A stretch of 64,000 nucleotides of DNA from Lepidodermella squamata (Eukaryota; Animalia; Gastrotricha): the NCBI GenBank assembly GCA_047495785.1, contig JBLDXI010000033.1, positions 62,001-126,000 of the forward strand, written 5' to 3'. A program made the translations under genes and the position numbers. Positions 10,514 to 21,772 of this stretch are shown piece by piece. The notes under the pieces are model-generated. The model was given only the letters and a program-made list of their open reading frames with translations. It searched no databases and was not told where the DNA came from. Positions within the stretch are counted from its first letter, which is position 1. Each line of letters starts with the position of its first letter.

Positions 10514-13422
10514 ATGATTGTTCGTTTTTCGCCTAGACTCATTTTAAGGCGATTTTTAATGACGTCAAGTGAGGTGAAAACCGCGGCTGACCCGCGCCAT
10601 CCCCAGTCAACGATTGGCGACGAAATTACTGAGGGAAAAGCGCGAATTTCGGCTGGTCCGAAAGTTTTCTACAATCCGGTTCAGCAGTTTAATCGTGATT
10701 TAACAATCGCAGTTATTTCACAATTCGTTCGAGAAAAATTGAAAGATGATGCGAAATTCGCTGAGTTGAAACGTGGCGAAAAATCTGAAAAGGGAATTCG
10801 AATCCTGGAACCACTCGCCGCAACTGGGCTGCGGGCGATTCGATTTGCCCTCGAAGCACCAGGTTAATTATCATTCAAAAGTGTTCAGAATTGTTTACCT
10901 CTCACATTATTCAAGGTGTCGAAGAAGTTCATGCGAACGATTTGAGCGCAGATGCTGTCTGCCTTCTGACTGAAAACGTGAAACTGAATAACATTGAAAA
11001 CATGATGAAAATTACGGAGGATGACGCTATTGCTGTGATGTTTGCCTCTCGCCCCACCGCCGCTGTTCGCCGCTACGATGTGATTGATATTGACCCTTTC
11101 GGCACCCCAGCGCCATTCCTCGACTCAGCCGTTCAAGCGGTTGAAGATGGCGGTTTGCTGTGTATTACTGCTACGGATGCTGCGATACTGTGCGGGAAAC
11201 ATGTCGAAACTTGTCATGCGATTTATGGATCGGTATTTTCAAAATATACCTTTGATTTTCGGAATTTTCGGAATTTTTTAGATTGGCTTGAACGCGCCTT
11301 TCTGCCATGAAATGGGTCTTCGAATTTTGCTCAGATCTATCGATTCTCATGCTAACCGATATGGCCGATCAATCGAACCTCTTCTGGCGCTTTCAGCCGA
11401 TTTTTACATGTAAATTGACAACAGATTAACCAGAAGATTAACCAGAGAGGAAACTTACTACAAAAGTTTTCGGAAAAAATTCTTCGAGTTTTTTAATATC
11501 AAGTTTGTATTTTTTAGTTTTTCTCCTACGCGGTGGTTTTCGGGAACTATCTCTTCATTTTCAAGATGATAATGGTTTTGTTGTATCGTATAATTGCCGA
11601 TAGAGATAGCTCAATGAGCAATCCGAAAGCTGCTTTCTTCCTGTTGTTTTCATCAGCCTTCAGGTTATTGAATTATAATCTATCACATATTAAAGAGCCC
11701 GAGTAGCCCTATCGATTTTTCTGCTAATAGATTAATCACGAGTTTGAATGGAAATAGAAGGCCAGAAGACTGTTACAGTGAAAATACGCTAGCTTTTTAA
11801 AAACTCATAAAACACGCAGTTACGGAACAAATTATTAGGGAAAATGGGCTCTGCTAGATAGGCGAAGGGCTATATTCTGCAATCTTGCTTGATTTCCAAA
11901 TTTTAAAACTGAGTAAAATAACTGAAAATGACGTTGGGAACAATTCGGATTGCTCATTGGGATATCTCAATCGGCTATTGGGAGAAATTGCCTTATAAGA
12001 TACGACAGTTTCATTCGGAAATTTATTACGATTCCAACAAGCTAAACCCCGTTCGCTTATTAGCTACCATTCCGGAGATATTCAACCCATAGCGAAAAAA
12101 GTCATTTTTTTCTATGATTCAACCCTATTCAACCCTATAATCTAATCTCTATGCAGCCCTCAACACCGGCAAGCATTCCTTAATTTCCATTTTTTGCGTC
12201 CATTATTTTCGACGGAACAGCAGTGTACCGTAACGGTGGTTGAAGTTTGACTTGGGACTAATAGAGATGGACTCGAAACTTGCTGATAAACACATACAAA
12301 ATTCTTCTTATCGGTCAGCGGGGAGAAAAAACTGTTTAAAATTACACGCGCTGTGGAAAATGCGCCACATGTTTACACGAGGGTAGTTTCGAAAAAATCC
12401 AGCATTTTACAACTTGAATTTTACAAAAATGCAAGTTTTTAATGTTTTCCCATTTCGAAATCGGGAGTTTCCTCTCTGATCAATACGTTCTCTTGTTATA
12501 AATTGTTGGGAAATTTTGATATAGGTAGACTTTTTTAATTTTGAATTCTTCAATTATAGGCGTGTTTTTGTGCGAGTTTGGACCGGTGCGAAACGAGCAA
12601 AATTATCTTGTACGAAATTATCGATGGTCCACCGGTGCATTGGCTGTGGCTCATTCCAATTCCAACCCATGGCTACTATAATAAATGTTGAAAAAGATCA
12701 ATTCGCCCCAACAGTAGACGGCCATCCGCCTGATCGGTGTAAAGACTGCGGTTGGCGTTTCCAAATGGGTGGGCCGATTTGGTCGGCACCAACTTGCAAC
12801 GCTGATTTCTTGAAAGGCCTCAGCGAGTTGATTTCAAGCGAACCTCTATCGAAATTAGCGACGATTAAGCGAATTGAAGGGACTATTGCTCTACTGAGGG
12901 AAGAATTGCCCGATGTGCCGCTCTACCACGTGATTGATCGATTGAGCGGCGTTCTTCACTGCTCATCACCGCCGGCGTTGGCGTTGAAAAGTGCCATTTT
13001 GAACGCGGGCTATCGCGTGTCTTTGTCCCATGCCGAAAAAGCCTCGGTTAAAACGGATGCGCCATCTGAATTAATTTGGGTAATTTTATTTGAAATATTC
13101 AGATTTTCCGTAATTTTATGATTTTTTGTAGGACATCATGCGAACCTGGGTGAAAGACCATCCGATTAGTGCGAATAGAAAAGAGCAGCATACGGCTGGG
13201 AATGCGATTTTAGCAAAAGAGCCGACTCACAAAATTTCGTTTGAAACGCACCCTGAAGCCACGGCGCCGTCTAAATTGTTGAAATTAGTGCGCTATGAAA
13301 TACCGCCACCTTTTTGGGGCCCGGGTTCGAAAAAGCCCGGCAAGGCCAAGTTAAACGGCGGCGCGGTTGAAGATGGCGATGAAAACGCGAAGAAAGCAAA
13401 ATCTTCCGATGAAAATCAGTAG
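10514..13422 (+). CDS. TRMT1: tRNA (guanine26-N2)-dimethyltransferase; 5 exons, long intron 11410-12559
   Basis: Motifs [60 protein letters not shown] (spliced), CxxC pairs, GGPIW and [10 protein letters not shown]...KTDAP. Confidence 0.93.
11443..12478. mobile_element. MITE / non-autonomous DNA transposon in the TRMT1 intron
   Basis: 13-bp perfect terminal inverted repeats CAGAGAGGAAACT (11443-11455) and AGTTTCCTCTCTG (12466-12478). An internal imperfect 32-bp inverted pair lies at 11596-11627 and 11944-11975. No clear TSD. Confidence 0.65.
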
Positions 13423-13551
13423 ATTAAAATTATTCGAATCGCGGCAAAAGAGATGCCTTTATTTTACTGCCTTGTTGTGGTTGAAAAACTAAAAATTGCC
13501 ACCTTAATGTTGGTTTAAATGTTTCGGAATAGGACTTGTTAAAGACTTGAT

Positions 13552-14987
13552 ATGTCGCTGCTCGCCAGATCGTGCGTTGTTCTGTCGCAGCGCCTGGCCA
13601 AGGCTCCGGCCATGCTTGGTAAGTTGAATTTCCGCATACTTATTCTTAATCTTATCGTGGATGGAAGTCAACGAATTGAAAAATCATCAGATATTTTAGA
13701 GGAAATCTAGCTCGATAAGCTTATATTTGCGAGGTGTTCAGTTACCATATTTGTGATAATTAAGTTTGATAATTATGTTTGATCATGTATAAATAAGGAG
13801 GATTTCGAAAAATAAGCATTTCCAGTTTCTATACATCGATGCAGCTGCGGATAAACGGCAAACGTTTATTTTCATAGAAAACTTGGGAAAGAGTTTATTA
13901 TCGTAGAAGCAATGAAAATTTCTCGTCTTATTCGAGCTCGAATGGGCTTGTGCGTTACCGTTGACACTAAAAAGGTTAGAGACCTGTCATTGAGCCTATT
14001 CCAACCCAACCCGGTTTTTCGTTTTGGGTTGAGAAAACCAGAACAGTGGCGGCGCGTCAAGACGTTCCCTGCTCCAGCTGCATCGGTATCAGGGGAGGCT
14101 TCAGTTTGATCGCCATCCTAACTTTTGGTGTAACCCAAAATTCAAGTTTCAAAGGGATTAAGCCGATTCTCGCCGATTCACGAGGCATTTCCGCTAGCTC
14201 TCTTGCTTAACAGCCTCAAATTGCGATGATAGCATCCTCTTTGCCGTTAAATTAATTGTTATTCAAATTTCGATTTTCTCAACAATTTTTCAAAAAATCC
14301 TTGAAAATGATTAAAATTGTGATTTGAAGCTTATTCAAGAACGGGATAAAGTAAAATATGGATTTCATTCTAACGAGCCCTGATAGCTGGAACTTGGAAC
14401 CGAGCCTTGAACTTTCGAGAAGTCAAATTTCGGCAATTTTTAGATTTTGGGTTTCAAGATTGGCTGCAAATCTCTTGTTTCTAGAATTTTCATCATTCGG
14501 GTTATCTGAGTTTTTATTGTTATGCAATTTCCTTTTTAATCGCTTTGAATTTCTGAGCAATATTGGTATTGATTATTCTATTTTAGGCTCGGTTCGCTTT
14601 TCGTCGGCGCATCACGGCGACGGCAAGGCGCCCACCGAAAGCTGGGATGACTTCGACAAGCGCTACATCGGCTATTTCAAGGACCCGAATCTGGACACGT
14701 GGTGGATGCGCAAGCGCCTGCAGGACCTGCACGGCGAGGACTGCGTGCCCGATCCGAAGGTGGCCGCGGAGGCGCTGCGGGCGTGCCGCCGCCTCAACGA
14801 CCTCGGCCTCGCCATCCGCTTCCTCGAGGTGATCCGCTTCAAGGCCGGCCCGAAGGCGAAGGAGATCTGGCCGTTCATGATGCAGGAGCTGAAGCCGACC
14901 ATGGATGAACTCGGCATCCCGACCCTCGAGGAGCTCGTCTACCACAAGCCCGAGCTTGCCTGCCCGGAAGTGCACGACATCCACTAA
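13552..14987 (+). CDS. COX5A: Cytochrome c oxidase subunit 5A; exons 13552-13618 and 14587-14987
   Basis: The Arg/Leu/Ser-rich presequence MSLLARSCVVLSQRLAKAPAML splices in frame to GSVRFSSAHH...ESWDDFDKRY...DCVPDPKV...ALRACRRLND...IRFLE...ELKPTMDELGIPTLEEL. Confidence 0.95.
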
Positions 14988-15241
14988 ATCACCGGCTTCT
15001 TCATAACCCACCGAAACCAATAAATCACAATTGAAAATATAAGAAACCCGCGTAAAATATAGTTCTAATTAATTAACTAATTAATTGCAGGCTGTCGTCG
15101 TTGTTTTATTTCACTTAACAGCCGGTTGAAATTGAAGCGAAAAATTGTATAATTTTAGACTCGACGCACTAGGTTGCTTGCATTTTAGTACTTGCGTATA
15201 GCTACTAAACTGCGAATTCGAAAACTAGCCAACAACTTTGA

Positions 15242-15386
15242 TGTAGCGACTTCTTCACGCTCCTCTCCGTTGATTATAATATTGTCACCGTCTTGAAGTT
15301 GTATAAGAAGTGATATGAACTGTGAACTGTGTATTTGATAAAATGCAAGTGACGGCGGTATCACAATAAAGAACCCTCGTGTGACA
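15242..15386 (+). mobile_element. Possible 145-bp solo LTR at the start of each triplicated unit
   Basis: TGTAGCG...TGTGACA termini resemble the TGTAACG...CGTGACA ends of the WDR35 element. It has internal TATAAG and AATAAA. The flanks TTGA/TCGA are only an imperfect TSD. Confidence 0.35.
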
Positions 15387-16013
15387 TCGATGCTTCTTTG
15401 TTTCAAGTCTCGACATGAATCGAGTTCGATTCAAGCATATATAGTCCGTGTCGATTGTCCGTGTCGATAAATTCGAGAGAAACATGATCTATGATCTATC
15501 TATGAGTAATCTATGGAATCAGGACCAGCAATAACTCGAATTCTACTCGGTTTCTCGATCATGAAGGGATCGCGCGCCCTTATTCCGTGGGTCGCCGAGT
15601 CAGCCGGGGGTCGCGGGGGTCGCCTGATGGTTTTCATAAACTTGAAAATTGCGAAAATTTGGTTTATTTTTAGTCACTCTTCCAGGGAAAATCTTAAAAA
15701 AAAAGCGTTGGCTAAATCGCTTCGCTCGTATCCAATTTTATTCCACTGAAAACGGTCTGAAATTGCGGTTGAGAGCCGAGTTCATGTAAATTTTGAGAAA
15801 AATGCTGTGCATTGGGTGATATTTTATTGCTTGAACAAAAAATGTTTGAAGTTTTGAAACATTTGACACGGCATGTATGTCCATTCGACTCACCATATAA
15901 AAAAGCAGAAATATAACATTGAATATTACCTATCAATTGTTCAACTCAAAATGTAATGATTTCCGATCTTTGAGATGCGAGATGTTTGCAAGGAAATGTT
16001 TTCAGGAAATTAT

Positions 16014-18329
16014 TTACTCCCTCATCTTTTGATATAAGAAAATGGCGAAAGTAGAAGATGAGTAGAACACCAGTCCCATCGCCAACAACAGTATTTTTCC
16101 GCAATCTCGGGCTACATTGGACATGATAACTAGAACCAGGACAAGCGCCATTAGAAGCACAGCTTGATTAAGAGCGGCGAGGATCACTGATTTCAACTCG
16201 CGTTGTAGAATTGCAGAAGTTTCTTTGACTTTCCTTAATCGGTTGCAAATGAACAACGAAGCGATCATAAGAAGGAAATCAATCGAAAACACCAAACTTT
16301 GCATTTGGGTCACATGTGGAGTGACACAAATATGGTCGATATAATCGACGTAGGAGTTCAAACTTGAATCGAAAACAGGCTTTGACGTTGTTATGGAGTG
16401 TCGAGATGTGTAAATGACTGAATATACCACCAAAATGACGAGCTGCCCAAAGCAGTAGCTGATCGCTATGGCAAGGTACTTCCGAACAAGTATTTTGCCA
16501 AGGCTTTCGATTGATAAGAAAAACGCTTGACTTTCGGATTCTTCCTTGCGCTTCTTTTTCTCATTGAAGACTCCCTGCACGTTGACGATAGCATATAACC
16601 GAGATGATGCATTTCTAATTGGAACTTTTTTGACTGCTGAAAAGAACCAAACAGCGTGCAGGAAAACAAAAGCATTCGGCAAGGACATGGCAAAGTTGAA
16701 AACCAAATTGCGAATCGAACATTCGAAATCAAGAAACCAGGTAGCTCCAATTACGATCAGCATTGCAACGGAGTTCATAAAGAGACAGAGCAATAGAAGT
16801 ATCACTACATTCATTTTTCTGAAAATCCCAGATTGACCATTTCGTTTTAACGCAATGATGGTAGCGTAGCACTGAGCGATAGAGATGATGGCTGAAATGA
16901 TTGGAAAAACTTCTTCCCGGTCACAAAATGCAGTTATATTGAGTTCATCTGACAAATCTTTCGGCGCACTGTTACCGGGCCAGTAGGGCTTTTTCATAAT
17001 TGTGAATTCGTAGCTGCTCAGATTGAAAATTGCCCTATTTTTCTTGACAAGTTTCGCAAGAAGATCGGGCTTTCCCTTCCGCATTTGAACAATCCACAAG
17101 TCATCCCCAAATACATCTCCGAGTTTGCTAAAGGCAAGTCTGCCCAGCCTGAGTCCGTTAATATCAGTGTTTTCAGATACGGCTCGTACAACATCCGCAA
17201 CAAGTTCAGGATCCTTTTTAAAACTAGCTAGGCTTTCGTTGTAATTCGATCGCAGAATCCTGTCTGCTTTATCAGCGTTCATAATTGCTGTCAAAATCGC
17301 GTCATGACATAGGTATCGTGTGGAAAAATCTGTGCTATTAGTATAAGATGTCATGTAGGCGTCGAATTCTGCTACGGAGTAGCCTAGACTCGTTCGGCCG
17401 GTAGACTTATTTACCGGAAAAGGAAGCGACCCTGTGAAGAAGTATATCTCTAGCTGCTCCATAACCATTGACATAGTACATCCTGCAGGTAGGGCAGGGT
17501 CTGGCTGATCGATTTCGAAAGCGCACCATAGCAAATTGATGAAAGCATAGTAGGGCGCGCGCATTCCGACAACGTGAGACAGGCATAAGAACTTCAAACA
17601 AGTCGCTCCAGAGGACAAGGATAAGACAATTATTCTTGCATCACTGGGTTTCAACTCGTTCGCGACTTCTAAATCAATGTCATAGACGCTGTCGTAGTGA
17701 AGAACGGATATGTCGTTCGCAGAAGCAATTTCATTCATTCTTTCCGCTACAAGGTATTCGTTAGAGTTGTTGGCGTTAGTCAAAATCGCTATTTCTCTCC
17801 AATTTCCGATTAATTTGAGAAAAGCTAACCCAGCTATTACGTTTGCATCGGTAGCTGTTGACACCGTGAACAAGGACGAGTAAAGCTGCGATCTTCTAAA
17901 GAGAGGTGGACCACTGCAACGGGGTGAGTATTCAGTGAGCTGAAGATGTTTTAATGTCAATGCAACATTATTACACGAACCTGATGGGCCAAACACAAGC
18001 GGAGCCATAATACTGTTCGGACTCTCCTCCTGCTTTCGATAGAAATCAATAGCTGCTGCATTAGCTTTATCTGCACCAATTCCCTCATCCTCGCTTTGCA
18101 CTTGGAAAACATAATTTCCAAGAATATCTTTTCGAGGATTCACCACATCAATAACGAACTGTACAGCGGCTTCACAGGCTGATGATGGAGCCGAATTAGT
18201 CGCGTTACTTCTAGGCAGTAATGCCAGCATTGTAAGGTAAACGGTAGAGTTGTCATCCTGAGCGAGAATTGGACGGTCACTCCATAAAGCCATCACCAAA
18301 ACGAAGAAACTTTGAAACATGCGAGCCAT
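16014..18329 (-). CDS. Intronless divergent class C (GABA-B-like) GPCR, copy 1
   Basis: 771 aa. Signal peptide, then a Venus-flytrap-like domain (EAAVQFVIDVVNPRKDILGNY, GNWREIAIL, LKPSDARIIV, CHDAIL), no Cys-rich domain, seven hydrophobic segments, and a stop about 5 aa after TM7. Confidence 0.8.
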   Translation of the reverse strand: MARMFQSFFVLVMALWSDRPILAQDDNSTVYLTMLALLPRSNATNSAPSSACEAAVQFVIDVVNPRKDILGNYVFQVQSEDEGIGADKANAAAIDFYRKQEESPNSIMAPLVFGPSGSCNNVALTLKHLQLTEYSPRCSGPPLFRRSQLYSSLFTVSTATDANVIAGLAFLKLIGNWREIAILTNANNSNEYLVAERMNEIASANDISVLHYDSVYDIDLEVANELKPSDARIIVLSLSSGATCLKFLCLSHVVGMRAPYYAFINLLWCAFEIDQPDPALPAGCTMSMVMEQLEIYFFTGSLPFPVNKSTGRTSLGYSVAEFDAYMTSYTNSTDFSTRYLCHDAILTAIMNADKADRILRSNYNESLASFKKDPELVADVVRAVSENTDINGLRLGRLAFSKLGDVFGDDLWIVQMRKGKPDLLAKLVKKNRAIFNLSSYEFTIMKKPYWPGNSAPKDLSDELNITAFCDREEVFPIISAIISIAQCYATIIALKRNGQSGIFRKMNVVILLLLCLFMNSVAMLIVIGATWFLDFECSIRNLVFNFAMSLPNAFVFLHAVWFFSAVKKVPIRNASSRLYAIVNVQGVFNEKKKRKEESESQAFFLSIESLGKILVRKYLAIAISYCFGQLVILVVYSVIYTSRHSITTSKPVFDSSLNSYVDYIDHICVTPHVTQMQSLVFSIDFLLMIASLFICNRLRKVKETSAILQRELKSVILAALNQAVLLMALVLVLVIMSNVARDCGKILLLAMGLVFYSSSTFAIFLYQKMRE

Positions 18330-19456
18330 TTGAAAACGCAGTAAAATGAATTGTTTGAATTGTACGCGATCTGTCCTATTGAAACGTGAATGAGCTAAAT
18401 CGAATCAACTTTACGACCTATATACTTGTTTACCAAGCAAGGTATTAAATTTCAGCAAAAGCGGAAGCTTTCATCATATACCGTACCAAATTGATTTCCG
18501 AAATCACCTGTGTCTTTATGTTAATTCTTATGGCTGTCAAAGGAAAAAGCAGTCATGCATTACTAACTAATTGGAAAGTGGGCGGTGACTGCCACGCATT
18601 CTTCGTATCGAATTCAGCACTGTCCACTTTAAAAATCTAATCCTATCAAATCCGAATCCGATAAAGTCCTAATGACCCATTTGATGTAGCGACTTCTTCA
18701 CGCTCCTCTCCGTTGATTATAATATTGTCACCGTCTTGAAGTTGTATAAGAAGTGATATGAACTGTGAACTGTGTATTTGATAAAATGCAAGTGACGGCG
18801 GTATCACAATAAAGAACCCTCGTGTGACATCGATGCTTCTTTGTTTCAAGTCTCGACATGAATCGAGTTCGATTCAAGCATATATAGTCCGTGTCGATTG
18901 TCCGTGTCGATAAATTCGAGAGAAACATGATCTATGATCTATCTATGAGTAATCTATGGAATCAGGACCAGCAATAACTCGAATTCTACTCGGTTTCTCG
19001 ATCATGAAGGGATCGCGCGCCCTTATTCCGTGGGTCGCCGAGTCAGCCGGGGGTCGCGGGGGTCGCCTGATGGTTTTCATAAACTTGAAAATTGCGAAAA
19101 TTTGGTTTATTTTTAGTCACTCTTCCAGGGAAAATCTTAAAAAAAAAGCGTTGGCTAAATCGCTTCGCTCGTATCCAATTTTATTCCACTGAAAACGGTC
19201 TGAAATTGCGGTTGAGAGCCGAGTTCATGTAAATTTTGAGAAAAATGCTGTGCATTGGGTGATATTTTATTGCTTGAACAAAAAATGTTTGAAGTTTTGA
19301 AACATTTGACACGGCATGTATGTCCATTCGACTCACCATATAAAAAAGCAGAAATATAACATTGAATATTACCTATCAATTGTTCAACTCAAAATGTAAT
19401 GATTTCCGATCTTTGAGATGCGAGATGTTTGCAAGGAAATGTTTTCAGGAAATTAT

Positions 19457-21772
19457 TTACTCCCTCATCTTTTGATATAAGAAAATGGCGAAAGTAGAAG
19501 ATGAGTAGAACACCAGTCCCATCGCCAACAACAGTATTTTTCCGCAATCTCGGGCTACATTGGACATGATAACTAGAACCAGGACAAGCGCCATTAGAAG
19601 CACAGCTTGATTAAGAGCGGCGAGGATCACTGATTTCAACTCGCGTTGTAGAATTGCAGAAGTTTCTTTGACTTTCCTTAATCGGTTGCAAATGAACAAC
19701 GAAGCGATCATAAGAAGGAAATCAATCGAAAACACCAAACTTTGCATTTGGGTCACATGTGGAGTGACACAAATATGGTCGATATAATCGACGTAGGAGT
19801 TCAAACTTGAATCGAAAACAGGCTTTGACGTTGTTATGGAGTGTCGAGATGTGTAAATGACTGAATATACCACCAAAATGACGAGCTGCCCAAAGCAGTA
19901 GCTGATCGCTATGGCAAGGTACTTCCGAACAAGTATTTTGCCAAGGCTTTCGATTGATAAGAAAAACGCTTGACTTTCGGATTCTTCCTTGCGCTTCTTT
20001 TTCTCATTGAAGACTCCCTGCACGTTGACGATAGCATATAACCGAGATGATGCATTTCTAATTGGAACTTTTTTGACTGCTGAAAAGAACCAAACAGCGT
20101 GCAGGAAAACAAAAGCATTCGGCAAGGACATGGCAAAGTTGAAAACCAAATTGCGAATCGAACATTCGAAATCAAGAAACCAGGTAGCTCCAATTACGAT
20201 CAGCATTGCAACGGAGTTCATAAAGAGACAGAGCAATAGAAGTATCACTACATTCATTTTTCTGAAAATCCCAGATTGACCATTTCGTTTTAACGCAATG
20301 ATGGTAGCGTAGCACTGAGCGATAGAGATGATGGCTGAAATGATTGGAAAAACTTCTTCCCGGTCACAAAATGCAGTTATATTGAGTTCATCTGACAAAT
20401 CTTTCGGCGCACTGTTACCGGGCCAGTAGGGCTTTTTCATAATTGTGAATTCGTAGCTGCTCAGATTGAAAATTGCCCTATTTTTCTTGACAAGTTTCGC
20501 AAGAAGATCGGGCTTTCCCTTCCGCATTTGAACAATCCACAAGTCATCCCCAAATACATCTCCGAGTTTGCTAAAGGCAAGTCTGCCCAGCCTGAGTCCG
20601 TTAATATCAGTGTTTTCAGATACGGCTCGTACAACATCCGCAACAAGTTCAGGATCCTTTTTAAAACTAGCTAGGCTTTCGTTGTAATTCGATCGCAGAA
20701 TCCTGTCTGCTTTATCAGCGTTCATAATTGCTGTCAAAATCGCGTCATGACATAGGTATCGTGTGGAAAAATCTGTGCTATTAGTATAAGATGTCATGTA
20801 GGCGTCGAATTCTGCTACGGAGTAGCCTAGACTCGTTCGGCCGGTAGACTTATTTACCGGAAAAGGAAGCGACCCTGTGAAGAAGTATATCTCTAGCTGC
20901 TCCATAACCATTGACATAGTACATCCTGCAGGTAGGGCAGGGTCTGGCTGATCGATTTCGAAAGCGCACCATAGCAAATTGATGAAAGCATAGTAGGGCG
21001 CGCGCATTCCGACAACGTGAGACAGGCATAAGAACTTCAAACAAGTCGCTCCAGAGGACAAGGATAAGACAATTATTCTTGCATCACTGGGTTTCAACTC
21101 GTTCGCGACTTCTAAATCAATGTCATAGACGCTGTCGTAGTGAAGAACGGATATGTCGTTCGCAGAAGCAATTTCATTCATTCTTTCCGCTACAAGGTAT
21201 TCGTTAGAGTTGTTGGCGTTAGTCAAAATCGCTATTTCTCTCCAATTTCCGATTAATTTGAGAAAAGCTAACCCAGCTATTACGTTTGCATCGGTAGCTG
21301 TTGACACCGTGAACAAGGACGAGTAAAGCTGCGATCTTCTAAAGAGAGGTGGACCACTGCAACGGGGTGAGTATTCAGTGAGCTGAAGATGTTTTAATGT
21401 CAATGCAACATTATTACACGAACCTGATGGGCCAAACACAAGCGGAGCCATAATACTGTTCGGACTCTCCTCCTGCTTTCGATAGAAATCAATAGCTGCT
21501 GCATTAGCTTTATCTGCACCAATTCCCTCATCCTCGCTTTGCACTTGGAAAACATAATTTCCAAGAATATCTTTTCGAGGATTCACCACATCAATAACGA
21601 ACTGTACAGCGGCTTCACAGGCTGATGATGGAGCCGAATTAGTCGCGTTACTTCTAGGCAGTAATGCCAGCATTGTAAGGTAAACGGTAGAGTTGTCATC
21701 CTGAGCGAGAATTGGACGGTCACTCCATAAAGCCATCACCAAAACGAAGAAACTTTGAAACATGCGAGCCAT
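19457..21772 (-). CDS. Class C GPCR, copy 2
   Basis: Translation identical to copy 1. Confidence 0.8.
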   Translation of the reverse strand: MARMFQSFFVLVMALWSDRPILAQDDNSTVYLTMLALLPRSNATNSAPSSACEAAVQFVIDVVNPRKDILGNYVFQVQSEDEGIGADKANAAAIDFYRKQEESPNSIMAPLVFGPSGSCNNVALTLKHLQLTEYSPRCSGPPLFRRSQLYSSLFTVSTATDANVIAGLAFLKLIGNWREIAILTNANNSNEYLVAERMNEIASANDISVLHYDSVYDIDLEVANELKPSDARIIVLSLSSGATCLKFLCLSHVVGMRAPYYAFINLLWCAFEIDQPDPALPAGCTMSMVMEQLEIYFFTGSLPFPVNKSTGRTSLGYSVAEFDAYMTSYTNSTDFSTRYLCHDAILTAIMNADKADRILRSNYNESLASFKKDPELVADVVRAVSENTDINGLRLGRLAFSKLGDVFGDDLWIVQMRKGKPDLLAKLVKKNRAIFNLSSYEFTIMKKPYWPGNSAPKDLSDELNITAFCDREEVFPIISAIISIAQCYATIIALKRNGQSGIFRKMNVVILLLLCLFMNSVAMLIVIGATWFLDFECSIRNLVFNFAMSLPNAFVFLHAVWFFSAVKKVPIRNASSRLYAIVNVQGVFNEKKKRKEESESQAFFLSIESLGKILVRKYLAIAISYCFGQLVILVVYSVIYTSRHSITTSKPVFDSSLNSYVDYIDHICVTPHVTQMQSLVFSIDFLLMIASLFICNRLRKVKETSAILQRELKSVILAALNQAVLLMALVLVLVIMSNVARDCGKILLLAMGLVFYSSSTFAIFLYQKMRE

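Noticed and set aside
13619-14586. Intronic snoRNA or other ncRNA in the long COX5A intron
   Set aside because: No convincing C/D or H/ACA box arrangement was seen. An Infernal/Rfam search would be needed.
14358-15020. The 209-aa ORF start at 14358 and the antisense ORFs over COX5A
   Set aside because: The upstream part is intron read-through, since the true exon 1 is at 13552. The antisense frames result from GC3 bias.
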